Source: Geosiphon pyriformis uo1
Taxonomy: Eukaryota; Fungi; Glomeromycota
NCBI GenBank assembly: GCA_016748015.1
Contig: JAAOMT010000040.1
Location: forward strand, 186,001-250,000
Direction of reading: 5' to 3'
DNA length: 64,000 nt
Positions within the stretch are counted from its first letter, which is position 1. Each line of letters begins with the position of its first letter. The position numbers were made by a program, and so were the translations under genes. Of the stretch, positions 1 through 13,200 are shown in pieces. Below the pieces are notes generated by a model, which saw nothing but the letters and a program-made list of their open reading frames with translations, was not told the DNA's origin and searched no databases.

Positions 1-543
1 TAAAAGTTTAAATAATTAGATATAAAAAAAATCTATAATTTATGTTTAATTTTAAATACAAAATTTAAGCTATTAAATAAATTTATTTTGTTAAACAATA
101 AAATAAATTAAAAAATTAAAAATATTGTTATTAATTAAAATGCAATAATTAAATTATACATTATTTTAAATTTTGTAATAATTAAAAATTTATTAAAAAT
201 AATATTTGTAAATTAAATTTTCAGCTCAAGACAATTCTTGCTAAAAAATTTTATTAAAAAGTGGTATGAAATATTTAATATTTAGTTGTTTTAAATATAT
301 ATTTATCAAACAATTATAATACCAAAAAAAACCTTGCAGTAATATTAATTATAACAAAAAATATATCAAGAACTAGTTTTTTAAATCAACCAAAATATTT
401 AGTTTTTAAATATATGATTTTTTAAAACAAATAATATTATAAATAATAATGTTTTAACAATTTCCAAAATTGAATGTATAATTAAGATTAAAAGTCGTTA
501 AAAATCATAACAAATTTAGAAGCAGAAATACTTTACAGAAAAA

Positions 544-1731
544 TTAATGCTGCACTTGTACTGTTTCACGTCGCTTACGCCCATTCAGAATCCACTCATC
601 CAGCACCTTATTCAACTCATGTTCCATGTGATTGGTTCCCCAAAAATGATCCGCGTCTTCTATTTCCCGTAAATCCCAGTTTTTCTTTTCACGTACACCG
701 CTCTCCTCGATCCATTGCTGATATTTCGCGACACTGGTAAATTGATCAGAATTACCATAAACAAATAAAACGGGTGAATCAGAAACGAGAAGAGCGTCTA
801 GGTAAGATTTGTATCGTTTGGTTCGAAGACAGGTCAGGAACCAGATAACAGATGCAGGATAACTTATAATGATAAACGAGATAGGAAATGAGAAGGTTGA
901 GCTAATTGATGAGATAGATGTCGCTATTAAAGATCCGTAACTATAGCCCTGATATTTTGAGAGGTGCGTATTAGTTAACAGATTATTTTAAATATCAAGA
1001 AAAAATCAGATTGATTTTTTGCTTACCGCGATGACGACTTCATTTATAAAAGGTATTTGCATCACTAATTCACCATTAGCCCCCCCAGTTTTCCCGCCAT
1101 GCGCGAGGAATTCTAGCATCGTACTATAGTCACCATTTTCCGGCTCACCAGTCCAGCTGGTTGAACCTTTTGACCTACCGGATCCACTGTTTTTTTGGTA
1201 TTATAATGAAATTTAGATGTGAGGGTTTCACTTAATAACTGAAAATTAAAATTGATTAAAGTATTCACCGAAAGTTGAACGCTATTGTTAAATAGCCATG
1301 CTTTAAAAAGAAATATTCGAGCGCTACAACCACATTATTATGGTTGTTTCCACCTTATAGAAAATTGTCATAACATTTAAGCAGAGTTATTCAAATGTTT
1401 GAAAGATTTTCGAGCTCATAAACTAAATAAAAGTTCAATGCTTCCTTCCAAGCACCTTGCCTCTATATATACTTGAAACTTTAGACTCAAGCACCTCCAA
1501 ATGAAGAAAATTCGTACCTAATGGTCCATATGGGTGAGAAATTATGACACCTTTTAAGGGTTTCAGCTGTTCACCAGCCTTCTGGAAGGCCTGGGTAGAA
1601 TAGTAGGAGACTCGGGCTTCCAGAAGACTACCGTCATATGAGGAGGGTAAAAAAATGTCCTCCCTTATTAATGTGAAGGTTGGCTTTGACGGCGCTAAAG
1701 GTTTAATTAATTGAGTAGTGTAAGAGTCCAT
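544..1731 (-). CDS. Alpha/beta hydrolase, 4 exons: 1731-1518, 1353-1269, 1186-1027, 948-544 (864 nt, 287 aa + stop)
   Basis: Hand-spliced at GT..AG introns into one open frame. Motifs: HPYGPLGG-N-NNVV, FNFRGSGRS, nucleophile elbow GYSYG, G-x-x-DQF (Asp), ADHFW (His). CpGs are retained, unlike in the flanking TEs. Confidence 0.93.
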
Positions 1732-1938
1732 GTGAACATTTGGATATCTGCGTTAAAAAATTCTGATGTATTTAACATTTTATAAGTGATATAACATGAC
1801 GATGAAAAGTTCTAGAATATCGATCCCAATGGCTAAGCCTTATTTATAAAATTCCGTTATCAGTTCATTAATTTGAATTTTTAAATTCAAACAATTGATT
1901 TATCAATGAAATTTTTATAGATCAAGATTTCCAACAAC

Positions 1939-3311
1939 CTAATCAGATCTTGATTTCTTTTCTTGATCGAGAAAAAAAGGCAAACCAGCAGCTGATAAAG
2001 ATTATAGATAAATAAATAAGTAATATGGCTTTTTAAATATTTGTAATTTTATCAAGGCTTACCCATTCTTAAAGCTCCAACCATTGAAGACCAATCATAT
2101 TTGGATGCACCATTTGCTTTGGCGGAAATCAAATGTTGAAAGGCAATATCCACAACTGGAAGTTGAGCACCAGACTCTTCGGCAAGACGGCGCATGTGTC
2201 TACAAGCAAATTTTTTGTAACCAAATTGATAATAGAAAAGATTACAAAGTAACAGAACAAATACCGAATATCCTTCAACGCATTATCAACTGTAAATCCC
2301 ACATCAGATCGGAAGCTATCGTTTTCAATCCTCTGACCTAAATCCAATCTCAGAAAAGAGAATAAAAGTAAAAATAATTCTGCATCCTAGAAATTATTAC
2401 CGTAAGTCTGAAAACTCCCAAATGGGAAAAATGCGTCCAAAAACTCCATTAGTTTAGATTGTCCCAATCCAGATTTTTCAGCCAAGGTTAATCCTTCGGA
2501 TAATAGTTCCACGATTCCAACAACAAAGAAATTCCCGTTAAGTTTGAAACTGGCACCCTTTCTAGCATCCTCGCCTGTTTGCGGTAAAAAATGAATATAT
2601 TGCTTGTAAAGAAAATTCAAAAAGCTTGAAATCTCTTACCAACGCTAATAATTTTACGCCCCAGAACTGGGACCAAATAAGGCTGAACGCGCTCTAATGC
2701 ATGATTATTACCTGAAGTTATAATGATCAATTGAGCGTTCTCAAAATCGAAAAATTCAAGTTAAAATTTCAAAATTAAATACTGGGTAAGTTACTAAAGG
2801 CATAAAAAATTTAAACTCAACCTACTTTAGCTACGGCAGGTGGCCCCCACACTGGGCAATATGCTATGTGCCTATTGGGAACTTTCTCCGTTTTTTCTAC
2901 CAAATCTGCTATTGTGGTTGGATAAACAGTGCTCATTTCAACAAAAATAATCTCTTTTCCGTTTTTTGAAACCTCCAAAAGCTCTTCATATACTGTTGTA
3001 AGCGCTTGATCATTGGCAAGCGAAGTAAAGATAATGTTTGCTTTTTCAACGACTTCAGCTAAAGAGTGGGCGACGGTAGCTCCGGCTTCGGCGAGAGCCT
3101 GAGCTTTGGAGGCTGTACGGTTGTAGACCACAAGGGGTGTACGGCTATTTTCTTTGAGATGGTTCTGAAGGTTTAATGCCATAGGAAGACTAATTTGTGA
3201 AGGATTTTAAGGCACATATCTTTGTCTTGGAATGCAAAAATAATTTCAGAGGCATGCTTTTTACCCCATGCTTCCTAATCCGACATAGGCTAAACGGTCA
3301 TTTTCGTTCAT
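1939..3311 (-). CDS. NAD(P)-dependent beta-hydroxyacid dehydrogenase (3-hydroxyisobutyrate DH / 6PGD NAD-binding family), 7 exons: 3311-3265, 3189-2826, 2739-2640, 2574-2401, 2337-2265, 2199-2063, 1991-1939 (948 nt)
   Basis: Spliced frame is open throughout. Motifs: Rossmann YVGLGSMGLPMA, VYNRTASK, EMSTVYP, CPVWGPP, catalytic-Lys segment FKLNGN, GFTVDNALKD, DWSS. All introns are GT..AG. Confidence 0.93.
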
Positions 3312-5609
3312 ATTTTCAATGTAGAGAAAGTGTCTTGCAAAAATTTCGAGATCTGTATTTATCTTGAATAGATGCGCGTAGATCCCTAATTTCAGATTTG
3401 AAAATAATTATTTTAAAAAACAGCATTTACATATTCAATAAAAAAACAATTACAATTAAAAGTGATTTCTATGTTCAAAAATATTAATTTTAAATATAAA
3501 GTTTATTTTTGTTAAAGTTTTTAATATTCACATAAATAAAGCAAATAATAATAAATATAATCTAATTTTTAAATTTTTAAATTTTATTAATCATTTATTA
3601 TTAAAATTATTAAACATATAATATTTGTTAATTTTAATTAAAATTATAATAAACAATATATTATTTATAAAACCTTTTTTTTATATTTGTATAATAATTA
3701 AAACAAAGAATAAAAAAATCAATCACTATTTTTCTTGTAATAAAAATATTATTACTTAAAAAATTTTTATAGCAGTAAGAACAATTAAACAGCATTTTAA
3801 AGTATTCTTGGTTTTTGGCTGTTAAAAAAGCTTTTTTTTTCAAAGTTTCTTAAAATAGTTTTAATATTGCTGTTATTTTTGCTAAAAGCTTTAAAATTTA
3901 CAATTACAAATTAGTAATCAAGCTATTGTTTTCTTTAAAAAAATTTATTATTATTGTTTAAATAATTAAAAAAGCCAAAATAACAAAAAAACAATTTTAT
4001 TGTTTTGAAATTTGTTTTTTTTTTAATTTAATATGTAAAGTTTAATTATTATTTAATACAATATAATTTATTAAAAGATTTAATTAAATATAACATATGT
4101 ATTTTCTATATATAACCAAATACATAAGTTTAATTAAAATTAAACTATATAATTTAATAAGAAAATCTATTTTAAAAAAATATCTTATATTTATAAATAA
4201 CCGAAATATAACTTTTTTAACTATTTTATTTATTTATTTAGCAATAATATTTAACATTAAGAATTTAAAATTTCTAAAAAACTATTAATTAAACAAATAT
4301 TTTTTTATTAACTTTATTACCAAAAATGCTTATATTTTTATTATTATAATGCCAAATTTTATTTAAATTATTTCTAAAAGCAACAATGTTTTTTTGAATC
4401 ATAAAAAATTTTTTTTAATTTATTATACAAACAGAAAAAGTATTCAATAATTTGATAATTAGCAAAATTAAAGTTTTAATAAATTTAACTATAAATTTAA
4501 ACAAAAAAATTAATATAGCAAGTTTAAATTTCAAAAAAGCCAAATAAAAACTATTTAAAAATTAGCAAGAATAATAATAACAAAAATAACCAAAATATAA
4601 TAACAAAAAAATATAAATCTTAATATATATTTTAATATTAATAAAGCAATATTTAAAAAACCTAAAATTAATTATAAACTTAAATAAAAACTTAAGAAAA
4701 AAAGATAAAAAATCTTGTAATTTATAATCAAATACTCTAAATTTTGTTATTTAAAGTAGTATTAATAATTAAAATTTTTTTATTAAATACAAAATTTTTT
4801 TAAAATATTAGTTTAAATAATTGTAATATTTAAGTTTTTTTAAAATTAAAAAAAACAATTACATATTATTATTACCAAAAAAAACCAAAATACCAAAAAA
4901 CAAAACAGATATAATTATAAATTTAAAAAACCAGCTTATTAATCTTAAAAACAATATATTTAAAAAAAATTAACCAATTTAGTCTTAAATATATTATAAG
5001 AAATAATATTTTTTTAATTTAACAAAAAAAAATTTTAATATTATTTTTTATTACCAAAATAAATTAGCAAGTAAAAACAATTTTAACTATATTAAAAAAC
5101 TTGAAATAAATAATTAAATACTAGCAAATTTTAATAAAACTTGAAAAATTTTACCAAAAATATCAAAAATATTTTTAATATTAACAATAATAATATTTTT
5201 AAACATATTTTATAAAAAAATAAACAAAATTAATAAGTTTAATTTATAAAACAGTATTTTAAAAGACTTAAAAAGCAAATTTTATATAAAACAACTTTAT
5301 ATTATTTTTCAATCTAGATATTATATTAATAAACTATATTAATTAAAAAACAATTTTAATAAAAACAAATTGTAAAATTTTTTCTCTTGTTGATTTCCTG
5401 GTCATAACAAAAGCTAAAATATATTAAAAAAATAATTTTTTTACTTTTTTTTTATTTAGTTTTATAGTTATTTCTTTTAATTTATTTTTGTTTATAGTTA
5501 TAAAACTAGTAAGCTTTTTTGCTAATAAGTCAAGTTCTGGTTTTGTTGAGTTGAGAACCCACTTTGGCACAAAAAAAAAGTAAATAAAGAGTATTTACTT
5601 TTGTAATAC

Positions 5610-6533
5610 TATTACAAGTAATTATTTGAGATTTCAAATCAAATAACAAACCCATAACTTGGTGCTTAATAACTAATATGATAGTAATATCTGAAGATTT
5701 TGTATTTAAAGGTTTTGGTGGAGTTCTTTGTATAATAGACAAAGATTCAAGTGTTGTTTTTCCATAGCTTTCCAGAATCACAATTCCATCAAATTTTTTT
5801 CTTAACATAGTGATTAGTATTCCTCTGGTAAGCTATTCTCAATTTGATAAGTTTCTACTCTTATTCCTGGATCTTTTACCAGTTCTTTTGACATTAATAA
5901 CTCAGCATTTAATTCTTAATTAATTAATATATAACAATAACAAGAAAATAAAAGGAGAAAAAAAATAAAAAAAATAAGCCAAGACAATAAAAAGTTAATA
6001 TTTCATCAATAACCATGATCAAAAACTATTGTTTCAGTGTAGTTTAAGTGTTGGATTTTATCAATATTTCATGTTAATAAATGGAAAAATGATTAAATTT
6101 TCAAACAAATGACAATAACATAAATTTAAAAAATTAAAGAGATATTTTATTGATATAATTTCATTTCAGTTGATAGCAATTATCCTTGAAGAAAGAAGTA
6201 TTTAATAATTATAACTTGCAAGTTTAATTGCCTAATTTTCTAGCTTTTGATACTACTGTTATATATACATAATTCTTTTTACACGAGAAATCCTTTTTTT
6301 TTGCTAGATTTCCTGCAAAATTTTTAATTTTCTGAAACATTCAGAATTTTCCAAAAAATTCTCAACTTTTCTGAAATATCTTAGATTTTCTGAATAATTC
6401 TGGATTTTTTAAAACATCTAAGATTTCCTGAAAAATTCTCTTTTCTCTTTTTTTATTCTAATTGGCTAATTTATAATCATGTGTTTTTCTCTTTTTTGAT
6501 TATGTATTATTTTTCTTTTTTTTAAGTGTAACA
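5610..6533 (-). mobile_element. Solo LTR related to the family-A LTRs
   Basis: On the minus strand it starts TGTTAC and ends GTAATA (decayed GTAACA). R/U5 is homologous to 9366-10247. Flanked by 4-bp TSD ATAC (5606-5609) / GTAC (6534-6537). No PBS or PPT is adjacent. Confidence 0.85.
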
Positions 6534-7879
6534 GTACTTTTTACAAAAACCGAAAAATTAAAACTAATATGATTAAGTTATCTATTGGTTTTTTTAGTTT
6601 TATTGATCTGGATATTAATAATGTTAAGTCTGTTAGATTTTGATATTACAAATGTTTTTTTTTATCTTTAGTAGTTGTATTATAATTAATTATTATAGCT
6701 TTTTAAATTAAGCAATAATATAGTAAATTATCTAATTTTAATATAAAGATAAATATATTAGTTTTAATTAGTGTTACTTTTAATTTATACTGGATTTTTA
6801 TTTAATATATTATTATTATTTTATTATTTAAAAATTTGAAGATTAGCTTAGTAAGTTTTTCTAACTTCTAACAAGTATTGGATAATTTCTTTTGGTAAGT
6901 GTTTTTGTTATTGGATTTGGTATATGGCATAATGTTTTCATTAAAATTGTTGTTGGTAACTACTGTTATGTTAGTTTTTCAAAGAGAATTTTTGTTGTAT
7001 TTTTACACTTTCAATTGTATTTTTTCTTAAGACTTTTGTGGAGATACTTTTTTTATCTTGTACTAATATCAGATATTTGTATTTTTTTGTTTGTAATAAA
7101 GTGATATATTATTTCTAATAAATTCAAAAAAAATTAAAAATAAAAAGTAAAATTCAACAAAAATTAATATTTGTAAAATAATTTTGATCAGAAATTATTT
7201 TTTCAAAAATATGAAGAGCTTATTTCAGATTTTTAAGTCAATTATTAATTTTGACCAAGATATTACAAGTATTTTTTAGATAATTTCATGTGTTTAATAT
7301 TTTTTTTAATGTGTTTTCAATTTTGTTAAACTTAGATCTTGTTCATGTTTTTGTTGCCATGTTAAATGTTTTTACTGTTGTTTTTTTTAATGAAAAAACA
7401 ATAGTAAAAGAAGAAATAATAGCTTTTTTGATTGTTTATAAAGAATTAAATTATAAAAAAAGATCTCTAATTTTATTAATTTCAGTATTAGTAAATAATA
7501 CAAAGCTTGAAAAACATACTGTTTAGCTTTTTTTAAGATTATAATCTAATTCTTCTATTTTTTCTTCATTTTCATTTCTTCTAATTAACTTCTTGTTTTT
7601 TATTATTCTCTCTTTTTGTTTGTTTTTTTTCTAATTAGAAAGTTATTATATATATACATATTTCAAGTTATATATGATCATGTTTATTTTAACTAATTAA
7701 TATATAATTGCTAAGCTATTGGGTCTTTTATTTAACTGTAAGTATTTTTTGGCTTATTTGTTCATGATTATATTAAATTGAACACATTTGTGCACATTTT
7801 GTACACTATTATGTACATGTTATGTTTTCTAATTTTATTTATTAATCTGTATTATTTATACTATTATTTAATATTTGAT

Positions 7880-9365
7880 TAATATATTATAATATTATTA
7901 CTTTTGATTTTTGTTAATTTTTATTGAGTAATACTGAGATAGCAAAGTTGCAAATAAAATAAGCAGTATTAGTAAAATTTTAAATGTAAAAAACATAAAA
8001 AATACAATTGTAGAAAAGACTAAATATGTGAATTTAAATGTTTTAGAAATAGACAATATAATAAATAATATTATATCTAAGAAAATATGCATTAAAACTT
8101 ATGTTTTAGACAGCCAGCCAAAGATTTTTTTTTAACAATCTGAATAATAACAATAACAAAATTCTGATATTTTCAGTTTTTAAGTTTTTTGAATTTAATT
8201 ATTTGCTACTAACCAAATTATATGCCTTAAAAAAACAGAGTTTCAATTTAGCAAAATCTTTTATACTTGATATTAAGCTATTTGTTATGTCTAAAAAAAA
8301 TTCTGGAGATAAGTTAATAATAATAAAAAAAAAATTTTATCATATTAATAGTTTTGAAAGGACTTTTACTTTCTCAAAATTTTCAAGAATTATTAAATTA
8401 TCTTTTATATTTGAATTGAGCTTGAACAAAGCTAAAAAATTGATTATTAATGAGAAAATCTTGGTAAATAATAAGATAAAAAAGATAAACAATCATATAG
8501 ATTGAGAAATAATTGTCAAAAAAATTCCAATTAATTTTCTCAAATTGGTTGTAGAATTAGTTTTTTTTAAATTTGGCAAGATTATGTTAATTAAGATACA
8601 GTTTATTAATCTTTAGCAAAAAAATTTGGTAAAATTTAAGTTTGTTAATATTTTTAATTTGGTTTTAATTAAGTAGTCAATTTTTATAGATAAAAATTCT
8701 ATGTGTATAGTCAAGACTGTTAATAATAAACAAACATAAATATTTAAGAATTAGTATTAAACTTTAATATATATTTTACTAATTAATATTACTACTTATG
8801 ATTTTTTTAATTTATTGGCTTTATATGGTAAAAAAACTTGTTTTATTGGCTGTAATTCAAGTTTATATAAACATAACTAATATACAATTATTTGCTTTGC
8901 TGATAAAGCATCAAAAAAAACTATTATTAGTTCTATTCTAATGTTTAAAAGTGTGAATTTACACTGGATTGGCTTATAATTAGCCATTTGTTCTTAGTAT
9001 AAACAATTTGATCATGTTTTTATTATGTGTTTTGGTGGTAAAAATTCAAGTAATTATAATAAAAAGCCAGTTTTATTTTAAAATCAAGTGTGTTTGGCCA
9101 ACATATATAAGAAAAAGCAGAGTTCTATAGCTTGCCCAGTTTTTTTTGGTAGTAAAACTTGGGTTTAGATTGCTGGTAGTTCTTTGTTTTGTTTTTTTTA
9201 TACAAAATGGTTTTTTAAAAATTGGCTTCTATTTAAAGAAAAAGTTTTTTTTATTAGTTATATTAAAAATGAGTAAAAAAATTGCTGCTTTTAAATACAA
9301 TCTTATTAATCTTATAGAACAAGTTAATAAATTGGCTAAAAAGTTGAATACACTTGAGCCAATAG
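7880..9365 (+). mobile_element. Degenerate non-LTR (LINE) retrotransposon, ORF1-like 5' part, interrupted by element A
   Basis: Decayed coding-like sequence whose frame (..KLAKKLNTLEP) resumes across element A at 19321 (MVF..) and leads into an APE domain. Left boundary approximate. Confidence 0.55.
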
Positions 9366-10247
9366 TGTTACTCATAGAAAATAAGAGTATTATTATAGTT
9401 GGAAAAATAGTTAATCAGAAATAGATGTAATAATAGAGAAATCTCAGAATTTTTTTGAAAGAATTACAGGATTCCAGAATTCCAAAATCTTAGAATTCTT
9501 CATAAAGAATCACAGAATTCTAGAAATCTTGTATAATACCAACTATGTATATATAGCAGTAGTATTAGAAGCAAAAAAAGTATTTAGACAGATTCAGAAT
9601 TCGGTTTTTTTCTAGTTAGCATTTTCTTTTTTATCTATTAACCCTTACTTTACAGATAATTAATATTCACCAAAGTAAATTCATTAAAAATATCAAATAA
9701 AACATATTTATTATCATCCAATCTATGTTGCTATTATTTGTTTAAGAATCCAATTATTCTTCCATTTTTATCAACACTTCATGTTGATAATATCTAATAT
9801 TTAATCACACTAGAACAATAGCTCTTGATTATAACTATTAATAGGCTATTAATTCTTATTTTTCTTTTTATTATTTTCTTTTATTTTCTTTGTTGTTTGT
9901 TGATTTACTAACTGATTAAAGAAATTAAGTACTGAATAATTGACATCAAAGATAGCCTAGTAAAAAACTCAGAAATAAGGGTATAGAATTTATAAATTAA
10001 TGAATAGCTTACCAGAAAGACACAACTGCCAGAATAAACTAGCCATTATGCTAAAGAAAGAAATTTGATAAAATAATCATTTCAAGAGAATATTAACACC
10101 ATTATTGAATCTTTGTTTATTATACAAAAGACTTTATCAAAACCTTCAGATACAAAAACCTTCAGATATTACTAACAATACTAGCTATTAAATACTAAGT
10201 TACAGATTTGTTATTTGTTTTCATACCCCAAATAATCACCTGTAACA
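9366..10247 (+). repeat. 5' LTR of element A
   Basis: TGTTAC...GTAACA; direct repeat of 18393-19320. Confidence 0.9.
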
Positions 10248-13200
10248 TTTAGTGTTCTTTGTAAGATATAATTTAGCAGAAAACTAGTACCAACAACATT
10301 TATCAGAAACAGTAGCAAAATTAGAAAAAACAGAAACAAATTATTTGGAATTTGCAAAAGCTTTATTTCAATACTATCAAACTTACTTAGGATTAACAAG
10401 TAACTATTGGTCAGCAGAATTTACTTTCAACTTTTATGTCAATAAAAAAATTAAGTCTTATTTAAGAAACCAAAGAAATCCAGAACCAACACTTGACAAT
10501 TTTTATAGTGAATTATTTCAAAGTACCATACTTTCACAAAATCATTTGTTCATTCCAATAATCACAGAAATTAACAGAAAAATTGAAAAACACACCAGAC
10601 AGCAATTTTCTATTACTTTTATAGACAATAAAAGAAACACCAGCAGAAACACCAAAAAAAATACAACTACTTACTTGAAAAAAACTAAGAGTCATCTCAT
10701 TTATTTACCTGTCATATCATTATACTCCAGAAAGTACCATCAACATAACATTAGCAGATGTATTTATCTCAACCACAAAACCACTATTAGCTAGAATTCC
10801 ATTTCAGAGTAAACAAAAAAAAGCTAAACTATTAGAAACCTATGGCAAATATTTTGAAAGATTTAATTTATAACCAACAATGTCATTAGAACATCAATTA
10901 CTACTACTACAACCAGATTTTAGAAATACCAATTCATGAGAAGTAACTGATTCAGAAGAAGAGAAAAATGAAGATCAAGAATTTAATTATCAAAACTTGA
11001 TCTTAGAAAATCTGGAAATCTAAACTCTGATTATTCAGGTCTAGCAAAACCCGAATAATCCAAATCCAGTCTTAAAACTTATTTTTAGTAATCATGATCA
11101 ATTCACCATCAGTTGTACTAATTGCAAAATCACAACAACAGTTACAATCACCACTCCAACAACAACAACCAATTACAGTACCAATAGTATATATATTAAT
11201 TGTCAAATTAGAAAAATTCAGCAGCAAGAAAGACAATGCTCAAGTTTGGTTAAATAATATTGTCAAAGCCATTACCACCAATAACTGGAATGACACCAGA
11301 GCTTTTCAAGCCATCTTGTATTTTCTTTAAGATACTGTTAACTTATGATATCAAAACTTGATTCAGAAACTCCAAAACTTTAACAAATTTAAAACTGAAT
11401 TTTTGAAATATTTTAACAATAATAACAGCATTAATCATTTGGCCATAGCATTCATTACTATCAAACAAGGTAACATAGAAGCAGTCACTACTTACCTAGA
11501 ATGTTCTCATAAAAATCTACATTAAATATAAGTAATTAATACAAATTATTTTACAATACCACAGATTTTAAATCAGTTTATCTGTGGGTTACACAGTAGT
11601 ATTTTTCTATATGTATGTCTATTATATTTATAAACTTTTCAGAATACAGTCACTTATGTCAGAAATTTCGAATTGGCTGAACTAGTTAACCTAGTAATAA
11701 ATAGATTATCTGACTTGGAGTTCAAGTTGAAACAATTCAGTAATTCCATTAACCAGAAATTAGAGGGATACTTAGCTAATAATCAAGCAATATATCAACC
11801 TTCACAATGTCACAATAATCCAGGAAACTTGAATTGTCTCCAAAATTAACCACATCTATCATTGTTAACCAATCAACAATAGTGACAAGAAATGTGTATT
11901 TGTTACTATTATAGTAAACAAAGACATTTACAAATCGATTGCCACATCTAGTTAAATAATCAATAATTGGAAAACAATATCAAAATCTTAATTGCCAATT
12001 TTAAACTTTGAATTACCAATTAAGTCAAAAATCATACCAATCTTATTACATTCCAATAATATAACAAGCAATATACTTATTGCCAATTTATTAGCTCTTA
12101 GCACCAATAATATATTAACCACAACCATAGGTCATCTATCAACCTCAACTATTTCAAACACCACCACAAAACCCAGCTCAAATAACACCCAGAAACCAGA
12201 AACTAAGAATTATTCATACCCAACAAAACTAAAGGTCAGCAATATCATGTACCAACCAATTTTCAGTTCATCAAGTCAATTATCAGAATCATGCCAACAG
12301 AGTTTAAGAACTGAATATAATCAAAACCTGAATTTCCAGAACTATTTAAGTTTTCTGATTACTCCAGAAAACACTCAATCTGATAAATAAAAATTTAATC
12401 AAACTCAACTATTTACTAACAATATTCTATTAGCAATTATTACCAAAAACAAATTACTTACCACTTCTTTTGAATTTGAGGAACTAGTCGAAATGCTTCT
12501 ATTCAATAGAGCTGTTCTTGAAACAAAACCAATTACTGCAATATACACTAATACAAAAGTTGATGGTCATTCTATTAAGTTAATCCTTAATAGTAGATTA
12601 GCAAGCAACATTATCATATAACAATTTATGGACCAATTAGGTTACTGAGTTGATCATGTTGCCAGTACTAGAATTATTACAATAGATGAAACAATGAAGA
12701 TTTCAATTAGTGAAATCAACAACTTTTCATTTGAAGTCAATAGTATTGTTGTGCCAATCAAAATTCTCATTATAAAAGCTACACAATACCAAGTACTAGT
12801 TGGTAATAACTGGCTGTTTAAGACTAGCATTGTGTTTGACTGGACCACTTAAGAGCTAAGTTAAAATAGACAATATATGTGAGTACTAGCTACATGTAAT
12901 TATTTCAAATCACAAACTATTCAACCACAATTATTAATAAAATTAGAAAAAAAAAAACAAATCTACCTGGGAAGCCTACCAAGTCTTATGGACTAAAGAA
13001 AATTACAACATGTTATTGCCAATTTTATCATAAGATGACAAAAGAAAAAGAAAAGAAAAAAATTAACTACAAGTCACCATTAACACCAGTAAAACTGCTA
13101 ACAGTTAACATACACTGTATTTTATAGACATGAAAAAAAAACCACTCTATATTCCTCTTAGGTGTATTAACTACAAAAAAAAGCTTTTATCTATAAAAAC

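Noticed and set aside
2084-2347. ORF-track entries 2084-2341 (+) and 2129-2347 (-) as separate genes
   Set aside because: They are the antisense shadow and an intron read-through of the dehydrogenase exons.
3420-5600. Short ORFs and a possible minus-strand LINE relic in very AT-rich DNA (also 1-500)
   Set aside because: Too eroded to support any motif; the ORFs are low-complexity K/N/I/F artefacts.
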